NCBI GenBank assembly: GCA_040954595.2
Contig: CM082576.2
Location: 15,609,028 to 15,673,027, forward strand
Direction of reading: 5' to 3'
DNA length: 64,000 nucleotides
Origin: Balanoglossus misakiensis
Lineage: Eukaryota > Animalia > Hemichordata
Below are positions 36,201-49,700 of this stretch, in pieces; the stretch's first letter is position 1; each line of letters opens with the position of its first letter. The notes under the pieces were generated by a model. The model saw nothing but the letters and a program-made list of their open reading frames with translations. It had not been told where the DNA came from and did no database searches. The position numbers and the translations under genes were made by a program.

Positions 36201-39200
36201 GACCATGGGCCTATATTAAGCCGTGCAAAAGCGACCATGAGAGAAATATCCCTGATTCACTCACATCAAAGTAACTCGAATTCCGATCGTTGAGCCGCCG
36301 GGGGAGAGAGAGAAGGGGTCAGAAAAACATCCGTCCTTGGAATCAACGGTGGCCAATTCGGGTCAAGTCATCGCCTAATTACTGGCATCTGTCTCGGAAA
36401 CGTTCCTGCGATACACACAGGCAAGGACATCGCTTCCCGTGTCTTTTGCCTAGTTTCCACGCCGCGTTTTTATCTGCAGGGTACATTTATCCCCCCGACC
36501 ACACAATACAACCACTTGCCGTTTGCGACATTTCAAATATTTATAAACATTGCGGGGAAAAAGCACGAAAATAAGCGGCTTCCATTTAAGGCCAAGAATA
36601 AAAGCGTGAATCAGAAGTGAGGGATGATCATCCCACAGACCTCTATCCAGAGTTTCTTTCCCCCCTGAATTTCCAGAAGTTTATCGGTCCGTTATGAGAC
36701 CGGTTTCTCAAATTCCGAAAACCCTTAGAGTTGTGTGACGAAACCCGTCTGATGGCAAAATCATATCTTTGTTGCTATTCCGACTGGACGTGAACAGGCG
36801 TATAAGCTTTATACTTAAGGAGGATCTTTCTGCTTTTATAGGATTCCGGGTCTATTTGCACGTATGTGGATACCATTTGCCGCTAACAGATATTGCAAGG
36901 TTTCGGGTCAAAACGTGTCGATATGTTATTCCACTATATTTATTACAGTTTGGGGCGATTTTTACCGGTCACGGGAAAAGTGGAATTTGGGTTGCATTTT
37001 TTCATACTTGATGGTGAAAACGTAAGTACATGTATATTACACAAGAACTGGAGGGCGAATGGGGGGGGGGCTTCATCGTTGATCAAATTGGCAATTCCAA
37101 TTGTTATTTACACCCACGCACACAGACCAGCGGACTCTAGTTACTTGGAGAAAATAATCGTTTGCTAAGGTGGTCATGGCGGTGCTGTCGGTATGATTTG
37201 AAGTCATTCGTCAGAAGGCTGATTGTTAAAATCGCCGTTTCACCAGACAAAACTCGCTTTAACGCCGCGATAATGGCCACGGGTCGGCCAGACCACAAAG
37301 AAAGAGTTAAAAGTCCTGAATTGCGTTCAGTGCCATCCAACCAGAGCTTGGGAACAATGCTACATACATCGGAAGTTTTTTTTCGACCGAAATGTACCCT
37401 CATAAATGTTTTGATACAGGCGCCAGCAGTATCCGAATCTATCGCGAACGTTTTCAAGCTTTCCACTCATGACTACAATACATTCTAACATCAAGAAATG
37501 TAAGTGTAATTATTTCATTGCAAGTTCAACTTGCAAAGCAAAGAAACACCTGTGGAGTTCATGTTATTTACGTTATGTAAATTTATGTAAATTTAATAAG
37601 TTGCTTACTGTGCTACGCACAAAACAGGCTACTGACAAAATTTCGAAATAGTTTCATGCACTGGCCACCGATTGTATTTTTCAAAACTTTGTTGGTTGGT
37701 AATGATTCCTTCACCTTCGAGTCCGGTTTTCATTGCGGTAGCCGATGCCATTATGCGGTTACCACGAGCAACACACACACAAGGACAGGGTTTACAAATC
37801 ACCCACTGGGGTTTCAGACAAAATGTGGGCACGATTTGTTTTAAGGAGAAGACAGAATTTGATGTGTAACTTCCATGAATCAACAGAGAGCGGAATTTGG
37901 TGGCTAGTTGCACGCTATGATTTAAAAGCTGCCATTTTGGGATGCCCTGAAACTGTCGTAGGCGGACACGGATAGACGCTACTTGTTGGTGACGGAACTG
38001 AGAGGAAACGACTCGTTTTATCTATGCTAGTATTGTCCGGCAAAGTGTGCTCATTTGTCGACTGTTTCGGGGCCATCCATCATTTTAGTAAGTACGTCTG
38101 CGATTCAGATGGGTGAATATGTCACGGTTCGGTTGACCTGTGACACTCTCTGACTTTAACAATTGCAGGTTCTCACTGACTAGAGGCAGATCGCAGTATT
38201 GAAAATCCGCCCGCTATCAGCAAAACGTGAAAATATCCCCAGTAGAAATGAACAAGGGTTTTCGTCGGTCGGTTCATTTGGGTACATTGCTATCAGCATA
38301 CCCCGTTTACAGCGGTGCAGAGGCCGTACTCTTACGAATCTTTGCTTTCAAAGCGTAAAAGTGTTAACGCGCATTGCATTCGACTTGAAAGGTTCCATAA
38401 ACAACGGGGTGACTTGTGAACCGCAGACACAATGGAATTAAATGCGTCTAACTACTCACCGACTGGTTCTACTTGTGGGGGACATCCATTCTCCGCCAGG
38501 AAATCATCAAAAGAAATGTCAGTGATGAACTTGGTGTCCTGTAGCTGGCCCTGGAATTGCAACAGAACGATCAAATTGTAAGTTTAGCACAGGGTTATAG
38601 AATGCGGATGACAGAAAACTTGTTCAGGGGAACCATAATTCATTTTGGGTGTTTAAAATGGAACACGGCGCTGCTGTTGTATAGGGTAGGGACATTCGAC
38701 ATTGACAGAAATATAATCGCATTAATATTCGACCACTTATTTGCAAGTACATGTGCATTTACTAATGGATGCTCGCCGTTGGCAAATCTTCGACATTTTT
38801 TTAGCGATCCCATTTTCTTATAACAAGAGTTCTTTAAAACCAAAGGGTGTCCACTCACTTTAAAGTTTCTGATGATGGTACGATCCTCCGTTCCCTGGAC
38901 GATTTGCAGCTTGTTGCCCTCGGCAACCAAGTCCATGTAAAAAGGAGTCTGCAATCGGAGCATTCCCTTCCTCTGACAATCCACGTGGAGGACGGCAATA
39001 GAATCAGTCAACACCACAGACATGTTGTGCCACGAACCATCCGCAATCCCCACATCTTCGAAAGTTCCGATCATCTCAAAGATTTCACCGCTGCCTTCCT
39101 CAACCGTGTAATAGATATCGATCGTATTGGTTTTGGCGATGCTGTGTAGTCCCAACCATCGCCGGTCGCCAGTTTTGGAATCGATCGACACCAGACTTCC

Positions 39201-39989
39201 CTTGTTGCCGCGATCTTGTTTGAGAGAGGTGGAAAACACAAATCCGTGGTCGCTGTGAATTGCCCTCAGTAAACCTCCGAGCACCTCATCGCTGGCTGCC
39301 AGATTTATCGGCGACTTGAGGCTGAATTTTAACGCCAGCGACGACGGATCCGGTCCCTGTACTTTCTTGACTCCGTTTGTGTTCTCGTCGACGCCAACTG
39401 CTTCAAATAGATCGATCTCTGAAGAAGAATAAAAATTGTAGCCAGAAAGAAGGCCAACCACATGTTAAGTATGCGCAAGCGAAAACGTAGCCATGGAATA
39501 GACAGAAAAGCCACTGCATCGAAAAAGAAACTTGTTAACTCTTCCCCAGTGATCCTTCAGTTATGGGAGAAGACATTTCACACCGTCTGTATCGAATAAA
39601 TCGAATAACGATACACTTTTTGAGACGAAAAGCAAAATTCTATAAGTTTGTGCACACTATTTTTTTTCTTTGCGATCAAAAATACCATCACGTATCAAGC
39701 CAAGCCCATAATAAAAACCAATTACGACCAGGCGGCGCAATTGATGGCTCCCCACTTCAACAATCGCGAACTGCCCACATCACAGAATCTGGACACTTCT
39801 AGCAATGCAGTAGTTAACAGCTCTATACCAGTTCCTGGTGAGCATTTACACGAAGTAAATATACAGTAAACGTGAGAAAAAAGAGGGTAACTGAAAACAG
39901 TACTTACCCCGTGAAAGGCAGGCTCCGATGAGGAATGTAAGGTAAAATAATGCTGACGGTACGCAGACCGCAAACTGTGTGCCTATCAT
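27248..39989 (-). CDS. THBS1-like: Thrombospondin, subgroup A (TSP-1/TSP-2-like), ~1166 aa, 20 coding exons
   Basis: Exons (-): 39989-39908 signal peptide; 39418-38859 and 38550-38460 TSP-N/LamG; 33905-33748 CQFTC + coiled coil; 33435-33307 and 32997-32904 vWC; 32553-32383, 32131-31958, 31546-31373 three TSRs (WSxWSxW..CSVTCG); 31252-31125, 30984-30832, 30711-30607, 30414-30298 EGFs; 30031-29924, 29745-29328, 29035-28940 type 3 Ca-binding repeats; 28798-28571, 28340-28144, 27898-27726, 27392-27248 L-lectin C-domain ([42 protein letters not shown]). Total 3501 nt, all phases consistent. Confidence 0.96.
27563..27696. repeat. Compound (CATT)n(CACT)n microsatellite, intronic
   Basis: Direct observation. 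Confidence 0.95.
29078..29210. repeat. (CATT)n microsatellite, intronic
   Basis: Direct observation. Confidence 0.95.
30060..30235. repeat. Low-complexity mixed tetranucleotide tract (GCCA/GCCT/CCCT), intronic
   Basis: Direct observation. Confidence 0.8.
35698..35745. repeat. (CTGT)n microsatellite, intronic
   Basis: Direct observation. Confidence 0.85.
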
Positions 39990-40193
39990 GGTCACCTTGC
40001 TCCCGTGGAATCCTAATAACACAACGCCTTTCCAGTCACCTAGGTACACGATGTGACCTCACCGTACGGTTAATCTAAAAAACAGAAGCACAAAGAGGTA
40101 AACCTGGTTAAATTTGCCCGAAAATGAGAAATTCCCCGGGTAGCCTGCTAACGACTGAGGAAGGTAGCTGAAGCGGTTGCGAGGTTCACTCAC

Positions 40194-40305
40194 TTGGTCT
40201 GGGTTTTGCAGTCGAAACTAAAAGGTAACGTGATTCGAAGCGTCGTGTGATACGATTGCGTTGCTGCAGATAGTCTCTCCGAGCTCACTTTAGCACGCCA
40301 CTGAC
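40194..40305 (-). other. Non-coding first exon of thrombospondin (putative)
   Basis: Lies ~25-30 nt downstream of the TATA box. Donor CAA|GTGAGT at 40194/40193. The next acceptor, ttttttag at 40075, opens the ATG-containing exon. Confidence 0.65.
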
Positions 40306-40327
40306 TTTTAATAGCGTCGCGGTGCTG

Positions 40328-40705
40328 TTTATATAGAAAAAACACACTCGGTGGTTGGTAGACCGGGTGTCAATCATAACGTGGAGGAAGTGCATATTTG
40401 ACTATGAATGCCGAGTGAGCTGCCGAGTCTGACTGATCCCCCGAGGGTATTGAATCACCACAACACGCCTTGGTCCACACCAGTTCCTGTCAACACATCC
40501 GTCGATCTGACACATTACGATCCCGGCGGCCAATTGTTGGCCGGCACTCCGCCATTCGACTTCGACCATTTTAAGTTGCGATGGGCGGTCTTTGGCGAGA
40601 TACCAGGCATTCCGCGCATCCTTGTAGGAAAACCGCACAATCGGCCGTAGGAAATAGGCGGTCGCTGTGGGCGGAGTTTGAGTTGCACCTTTAGCCAATC
40701 ACAGC
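40328..40705 (-). promoter_or_regulatory. Thrombospondin proximal promoter
   Basis: TATATAAA on - at 40328-40335, GC box GGGCGGAG at 40669-40676, NF-Y box AGCCAATCA at 40693-40701, TEAD-like GCATTCC at ~40607. CpG-rich. Confidence 0.65.
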
Positions 40706-43700
40706 GCATTGCCAGGTCCGACGGCGCACACCTACGCTCCCAGTAACAATGTCGTAGTCTCGTCAGACGACATGTTTATCGCCTGTCTATAGTATACAAG
40801 CTGTAGTGTGATGACGGCTGAGTTTGTATCAACATTCGGTCATTCCGAGACGTGCCGGTTTCCTTAAATGGGTCTCAATTGTTTTTACCGTACTTAACAT
40901 AATTTAATCACGGAATTCCACACACGACAGTTGATGTTGTCGCCGCTCACCACGTGCTGTTCATATACACACAAAAGTAACATGCAGTCATTAACCAATT
41001 TGTCCAGAATACTTTTTTTTTTGCATGCATATTAAAAGTGTCAATGAGAAAAGATGTCTGTATGCAGTCTTCAAGCTTAAGTCAGAAAAAAACGAAATGT
41101 GCAAAATACTGCATTTGGTTAGACAATGAAAGTGGTCGATATCGGGAGATGGATGTAGCACATATCTTTGGTGGTGGCATGAAATTTAAAGTTGTCTCGA
41201 TAAGCCGTGCATTTTACTGAATATCGTTTCCACCTTAAATAGAAACAATTCTCGAAAATGCAACGTTACTTTGTTTTATTCTTTGTAATTGGTAATCTCG
41301 ATGTTAGTTAAATGCGTTGTTTCGTCGCAAATATTACTAATGATCCGCAATTAGCTTTATCGCTCATAGACGAGGAGAAAAAAAACCAGTCTGTGGTCAA
41401 CTCTGCCCAGAAACGTTTCCGCATAACCAACATGAGTTTAGGCACCGGGATACGTGTACCCCGGAATTTCTTGTTTTTTTTTTAATTTGCGTGTCATGTC
41501 TTTTTATAAAACTCTGGCAAACATGTAATGTGGGTTAACATTATCGGGCCTCACAGACGTACGATTTGAGTCGGTCAAAATAACCATTTCGGGGACACGT
41601 TGTGTCGAACCAAATCCGGACTAGTGTCGTCCGGATATAATGCCGGGGTGGGGTAGGGGTGGGGGAGGGTTAAACTGGCCTAAATATTTAGTGTGGGTAT
41701 GTTATGCCGACCGTGGTACGTCCCAGTTGTTCAAGTGCACCGGTCCTGAGTCAGACGCTAACTTTAAATAAAAGTGTGCAACCGTCTCAGACCAAATCTA
41801 ATCCACAGAGATGATTATTTTAGCCATGGCCATATCCTACGCGAACAAGACTACAACGTCCACTGACTACCGATGACACTGGAGGAACGATTTGCCGCCC
41901 GGGTTCGCCACCCTTCTCGTTGCGTGGGCGTTCTGGGACGAGTTCAGACCAACTCTATTCCTCGCCTATACATCAGAAAGGAATGCGCCGAATTTTGAGC
42001 GCTAGAAGTCGGCTGGGGTCAGTTGGGACACTGCTTGTGTCTGACAGATTATGAATTGTTCTGTACATAAAAAGCAGACCGGGCTCAAGGGCAAAGTAAA
42101 TTCTCTGTCTTGAATGGTTGTCCGGTGGTTTCATGACATGCCCCACTTTGTCGTGGTCTGATCATTTTGCTTATTCAGCCAGAGTACATATGGTATTTAT
42201 CCATAGAAAATAATTGATAACTTCTAAAACAAGTTTAAAAGACGAAGCTTTTGTTTATTTCTTATTTGTTTGATAGAGGCACTGGCGAGTTTCCGAATGC
42301 AGTTAGCCTACCACGCAATGTGCTGTGTGTGTTCTACAAAATGGGTCACAGCCAGGAGTTCTGTCTATAGTCAGGTTTGCAGTGACGTATACAGCGTTCA
42401 CATTGCCCACGCACTGAAGACTTTTTGGGTTCCACTGGTATTCTCTATAGACTGCAGCACCGTGACAGTGGTTGCAACCGTAATCCCGCTGCACACACAC
42501 ACGGCGAACCAACAGATTAAACGGCTATGGCTAGACAAGTTTAACTAACAGCGAATTTAACAGTTGAATTACGGTGATTGATGGCTTGTTTTTGTTGAGT
42601 GTCGAGTAGATCCCCGTGAAGACTAGATATTGCAGACACTCGTGGCGATTTGGGCGTTCATGCGTAATACAGGCAGCGCTCCCGATTCCGAGATACCGCG
42701 CTGGTTGTTAGAATCAATTTGGTTCGGATTTCATCGGCAATTAGTACGATATTTGAAGACTTTGATCTTTACAATCATGTTTATGTGCTCTATTCCGAGG
42801 CGCGGAAACGTGTTTGTATGCTGTTTCTTACCTTGGTGAGAACTTTCCAGAAAAATTCTTAACTTTTTTGAAGTAATGTGGGCCCGATTTCCCTTCTTTT
42901 TCTAAGTGTTTTTTTTTTTCGGAGTTTTATATTTTCAACAGATGTGTACACGGACGGCCGCGGCTAAGACTTTTAATACAAATCTGGGCCCGGTTCGAAT
43001 AATGTCTGGTGTGCTGCGTTGTGTATAGTGACAATGCAGTGCTTTGAATGTTGAGGTCATTCAGAAATGAGTGGTTTCAGAGGAGGACCATTCCGGAAGT
43101 GGTCTGGCCGCTGTCTTGGTACGAAAACGTGTCGCGGCACATACTTGACAAACCTGTGAGAAAACACAGCTACAATTGAAGAAAAATACACGTACCCGCC
43201 ATAAGATCAGCTGTAATCATTTGATTTGCACGATCCCAGTCGAGGAGTGTCATTGTGCACTTAAAATAAGCTGAATATTGCCATTGAAAAAAGACAGTGC
43301 TGACAAGAGGGGATTGACAATAAAGGGAGTGGGAATACACAGCAGTGGGAGGGCGTCAGGTGTGAATGGATCTGTCATAATAGTCATTACCTTCAACAAT
43401 CAGTCTGTATCATCGCCATCGTCTTTTTGAGATCTTTTTTTGCATTTCTTTCAAACGGGACACTCCACACACCGGTACGGCCATGACGCGACATAAATTT
43501 ATATTCCTCGAGAGTCGAAAGAGTATAAGTGACAATAAAAGCAAACTGCTTCTATCAATATCTGAACAGCATCAGTTATGTGGCGGCTGTTTCTTGTTTA
43601 GTGTTATTTCACAACCACACACACCCAGCGTCTTTGTTCCAAGAAAATAAAGCCCCACATTCATAGTGTACAGATGAAAACAACACGCGACTCAATGAAA

Positions 43701-46700
43701 TTGACAAAATATAGAGGCCAGGCGTTACTGGCGATCTACAAGTATCTCTCATGTCAGTCATTTTTGAGAGAAAATCTGTGTTTGGTGTTTGTTTATAAAC
43801 ACAGCCAGGTTTTGTCTTGTTTGGTTTGCTTGTTCTGAACACTGACTGTCAACTAGGGTGGTTTGTGGTGGCATTCGACTTCCGTGCGATCATATAGACG
43901 GCGCGACAGTCCAAACGTTGTTAGCCAGAGACCGGTGAGAGTTCAGTCAGTGGAACCTGTGCTAAGTCTAGCTATTAAATCACATTACGTCGTTTTAACG
44001 TTCAGTCAAAGTTCAAGTATCACTAATTCAAACGAGTTTTGACAAAAAAGGCATGCTCGGAATGCACGTCATTCACGAAGGCCCAACCTGACCACAACCC
44101 TGACAAACTCATTTCACGAAAAAAATATAAAAAATAATGTAACGGGTGTGATCTATTTGTAATTATGTGCCTGTAGTAATATTAATTTGTCTGTACGCTT
44201 TGAAATGTGAAAGAACGCCAGCCGTACATCAGAATTTTACGTCGTATGGCATTGTTCCAGTCTTCTTTGTAAAAGAAATTGGGAAAGTCAGTGACACCAT
44301 CCTAAACACCATCATCCTACTTTGTACAAAGTTCGACTTTATCGCCGACTGACTTTAGGAACGTAAGAACATTCCAATACATTTCTCGTATTAATCAACT
44401 GAATACACTTCCGAGGTACAGGTAATTAGACGGAAATGTTTACGCCACAGAAGGTCGTGCTGTTGAAAAGTTTATTCCCGTATCATTTTCCTTTTAATGT
44501 GTTATTTCTTATTTATTTCTTATGTAATGACAATGACACGGAAAGATTATGAGATGAGCGGAAACCCACGGTGTGATTTGTCTACAAGAGACAACAAAGC
44601 CACCACTGGAACACCGGCGGGCAACAGCCGTTACGCTTGAAGCTAACGAGGATGGGCGAGCAATTCCTTCCGGTAAAAATCCGCGTGTGATTTCAGCTTC
44701 AACGGGGCCATTTGACTAGTGAATAATGACATTGATCGTGGAGGTGGGATACCCTTAGTACTATTAAATACGTCACAGAGACTCGCATTGAATCTAGTGT
44801 GTTCACGTGCCCTATATGGAATGACTTGGTGACTAGACCAGGACTCAATGCCCGGTCGAGTTGTCGCCATTGTCACGAAAGCCCTTTTATTTGGGGTGAC
44901 TGAGCGGACATGTGAACTTTCGGCGTCTCCCGGCACACGGTCAAATACGCGGGAAGCAACTGCCCCACTCTGTCGGCGACGTCCCGTCAACAGGTGTCAG
45001 TGGCGCGGCGTTTCATCGTCACAGTACATGTACATGCACGGGCCACGAAGACGGAAACGCCGCCGGGCCACCTATAATTATGACGTTGCGGGTTTACTCA
45101 CTACCCCCCACCCCCCCAAAAAATGGCCTACCATAAAGATTGATTGGTAATTGCGAATTCCTCGTGGAAAGCCACTCCGAATCTATATGCTCTCAAGGTT
45201 GGCCATTCAAAACATGACTGAAATTTTGACACGTTTCTCGTAATTTTAATTGACACATTAGAATCTTATTAATTGACGAAAAATATGGCCTTAACCGACA
45301 AAAATTAAAATAATTCGTCTTCCAAAAGGAAATTATTATCCCATAATTGGGGTAATTTTACCCTGTCGTTGGCGATTGAGAATAAAGAGGGTGTCCTATT
45401 ATGTTACTCGTGGAATAACGGCATGTCATTTGTTCCAACGAGATCATGTGTTCGCACTGATCTGTTCCTGCTATCAAAATTTATCTTCCCCGATAAAACT
45501 CGTCTATCAAAATTTTACTTGGAAGTGGCGCAGTCGTCTGGTCCAGTATTGTTAGCATCAAATTGGGCGCGAAATGAAACAGTAAATCACGGAACAATTG
45601 CGGGAGATAATGGGACATTTTGTTATAAATAATGTTTTATTAACCATTCACTACCAAGTGATATACAGCAATGGGAATAGGACACGGTTTTCAAACACCA
45701 GCTGCATGTGTGTTCCGGAACTGGGGATTTCTAGACATTGATACACGGAAGCGTGGAGGGTCACTTACAAAGTATGATTATATTTCAACTTAATATTAAG
45801 CCTACGCGGTCATTTTTTTGCTCGGACTTCTACCATTGTGCTTGCGGTGTGAAGTTGGAGTTTAGTTATTCACTTGAAATGAATGCGCATCGGGTCAACG
45901 TTGCACACCTGGTCGGAAACGGTAATCGAGAACTTGTAATGCAGGGATGCAAGTGGGATTACAGACTTCCTATTTTCAAAGAAGTCGAAAAAGCAAACAC
46001 CACTATCGAACTAAGAAGTTAAAACGTCAATTGGAATGACTCACCCCGTATTACATGAACACATGTTTAACAGCCGTTAAATTGGGGGGGGGGGGGGGTG
46101 CAAACTTAAACAACTTGTGCAATTATTGTTAAATTAATGTTTTCTCCAGAGTTTCAATCACATATTTTTAATCCTTTTGTCTATTTTGAATTTCAAAGCT
46201 GATGATCATATGCCACGTAGGCTAAACTGCACAGAATTTTCGTTTACCTGTCGTCATGATCTCTGATTAGATGTGTCATCGTGATGACGTCATTTTGATT
46301 GTATGCTAGCGGTCTATTATATAGGTTTGATTTTTGTGTCTATCTTGTTTCCCATAATGTGTGATTTGATCTCTGATTAATTAATGTAAGATTATATATT
46401 TGCTGGCCTATGTGGATACAACGAACGCCATACGTGTGAGCGTTTTCGAAAAACAATCGGAAACTTCCCGAAAACGGGAAATTGTCCAGAATGTACAATT
46501 GCATCGCAGATCGATAGATCGGTAGAGAACGTGTATTGATCAATAACAATTGCTTCTCGCATTCAATTTGACTTGTTTATAAAACCTTTAACAATGTTTG
46601 GAACAAGTATTTTCGTGTTGTCGTGTCAAGATAGCAAATATAGCATTGTTAAAAGTTTACCGACCTATTTGACGGTAAGTCTTATTATCCACGGGCGCTC

Positions 46701-49700
46701 CCCCCAAATCCCACTTTTAGACGCCCTAGGCCTTTTGCAAACAAGAGGGGCTGAATGTAGTACTTGATGACTCCAAAAGTTGGGAAAACATTCCGGGACA
46801 TGTTGCATTTGCGAGACGCCTAGCTATTACTGAATGTAAATCTCTGAATCAATAATTCGCATGGATATCACTTAGGACAAACGATTAATTTACAGAGTAA
46901 TCCTCCTTGCGGCATATGTCCACTGGGAGACTTCTGATGCAGAAAGGGGCAAGGTATGACCTTTAGCAATTTGAAGGTCATTCACCATGTACAATATATA
47001 CAATGAAAAGCCATCAACATTTTGGAAAAGTACTGCTTATTCGATTTTAACTTTCAGTTGTTAAGTTGTCGCGCGATATCTGCACAAAAATCTTGCAAAT
47101 TCTATACCGGGGAATTCTACCACGAGCAGCGGTATTTTTGAACATTGCCCTATAAAATTACACCACGTCAGTTATATTTGAACGAACTAAAAGAAAGAGT
47201 CGAAAGTTTAAAAGCCTGAGTTTGTTCACCAGATTCGTCTAAAAGGAATAGATATCATTTCAAACGAAAGCAATGGTTTAACACAAAGTAAAATTTCAAT
47301 GTCAAGAAGTTATAGTGCTGGAACCAGGGATTAAGGACTGCGGCTTTAAATGGAAGCTATGGTCCGTGGAGTGAAGTCAGTGGTTTTACAGAGACGTGTA
47401 GTCAGCCATGAAACACAGTTAAACCCATTTACGACTGACATGAACCACCCCATACTTGTTGCCTTTAATGATGACGTCACCGTCATGCAAACAAAGCCAA
47501 TCATTGTCTATTTCTTTTGACCTGTCAGTTTTCGTGAAACAGGTTCTCTTGAGTGAGTTCTCATCGCCTTTGTTTTTCAGAAATGAAATCTGGTACACGG
47601 TGTTACGTATTCTGACGTCACAATAGCCCCGATTACAACGTTTATTGCGGGAAAGGGGACTTGTAGTGTCAAACAGTACAAGAAAGCAGATTTGAGCTAA
47701 ATGTGCTCCCGTGTTTGGAAAAGAATATCTTTGAATATGCAAATAAGCAAAACATTTTTGCGAAACTTTTCAACGCCTTCAACATGTAGAAAATTACACT
47801 ATTTTGGGGACTGTGTTTTGTATATGTATGTCTCACCTCTGCTGGGTTAAGTTTGATGCAGTAATTTTAGGAGAACAGCACTAATCGCATAAGTTCATCA
47901 GATATGCAAATTAACATGTTATTGACTAGAAACTGCAAAGAGTTTCTTACCGTCAGAACGTTATAACTTGCAAATTCCACTTAAAATGGGCAATTTTCAA
48001 TCCCCGGTTCGCGTATAGTTGCTGTTCACATAGAGTTTTTATGTGGCGGAAAGCCTTTCTTTTCCATTGAAATCTTTATCAAATTAATCCATTTGGTTTG
48101 TTTAGTGTTATTGTACAAGTAAATATATTGATATGACAAGTATTCATTACGTATAATCAGCTATATTATTATTGACAATTTAATGTGAGTCCGGAAAAAA
48201 ATCAAAAATCAGCATTGATATTACAATGTACACGCATGCCCCCACTTTGTTGACAAACTTAACAATTTATTTTTAGCAAGTAGAATATAAGAAATTAAAG
48301 TTCTTGAGCAGATCAATTATTATTATAGTGCCAGTTTTAACATTCATTGGAAATTCGGAAATTTTACAATAAGAAATTGACGAGTATATATTTTACGAGG
48401 GTCTATATGCCAAAGTTTACATCAACACGTTGTGCCAGCAGGGTATCAATTTTGTGTTTTCACTTTTCTACACATTTCTGCATTTACAGTGGTTTCGCTA
48501 ACAAGTGTACCTTGTCTATCAGATAACGCAAAACGGCCCCAAAGTTGCATACCGAAAATTACAAGTCCACAAAACAGGATGTATTAACAAGATCAGCAAG
48601 ATTTTGGGGGCAAATTACACGATATGCGTGTAAACAGTCGAGTTACGTTACCGGTGGAAATGTCTTAAGTTAACTGAGTAAGAAGCCGTAAACACTTGAG
48701 AGAGAAAAACACGTGAACGATTTCTTTCATCGATTGTGTGACTGGGGGGAAATAGGTATTCTCTGTCCGCACAGCCAGCCTTGTCAGTGATGCACTGGCT
48801 CGACCAAAACAAAGTCTAGCCCTTCAGCGTTGCGTATACACCTTGTTTAGAATGTGCACTTACTCGTACCTTAGGGAAGTACTTATACACTCACAGTAGG
48901 AGGGTTGGAATCCGCCGCCGGCCAGCAGCTGTTGAAAACCTTGTTTGCATTGCTGTCTTACTTCAGGTATAGTTTTTCGTGAAAGGTCTGAAGCCCGTTT
49001 GTATGTGCTGTGTAAACAAGTCTGTCTCCCCAGTCAAGCGTGTTAGTCTTACACGGAACAGTTACACAGGCGTCAAGCGACAAGTTGTGTAGCTTTTTCG
49101 GTAATCGATAAAAAGGTGTCCCTGAAAAGAGGTTACCTTCGTCCACCGCATTCAACTTCAAGGCAAAGAAAATATTAGGAGAAGGCGTTTCAATGCTATC
49201 GTTTCGCTTGTTTCATAAAAGCTTACATTCTTTTCTCACCATAATTCGTTAATCTGTCCTTTTTCTAAGAGTCGCTTGTTTACATGGTCTGTGTTATACA
49301 TGAGGCGGCCCAGCTACCTCCATTGTTCAAAATGAACAGAAAATATCTCTTACACGTATGAGAGTAATTGCAGTGGCCAAAGAGTTAAATGAGCGTAGCT
49401 TTCCATTGTAGCAAGCACTTGTCTATTTAATTCTCTGAAATTATACTGGACCGTTAGTTTAGCACAATTAGTTATTGGTTAATTACCATGCTATTCACTA
49501 ATTACTTTTTCTGCACTATAAGAAGAAAGTTGGTGTTGTAAACCGAACGGTCAACCACCTATAGGCTTCTGGTAAAGTGGTGTAATAATTCTGCAGATAC
49601 TTCATGGGACCAGCCTGAAGTGTGTCGTGTCATGACAATAACACATCAGATCAGGTTCAACAATCAATATCATTCAATGTAAGCTAATTACCAGGTCCAA

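Noticed and set aside
40408-40650. 80-aa ORF divergent from the thrombospondin promoter
   Set aside because: Lies in GC-rich promoter DNA with ORFs on both strands. No domain or splice support.
44150-44290. Possible CR1-like 3' end on the - strand (WNxMPYDVK..SHFKA)
   Set aside because: Needs frameshifts and lacks a tail. Too weak.
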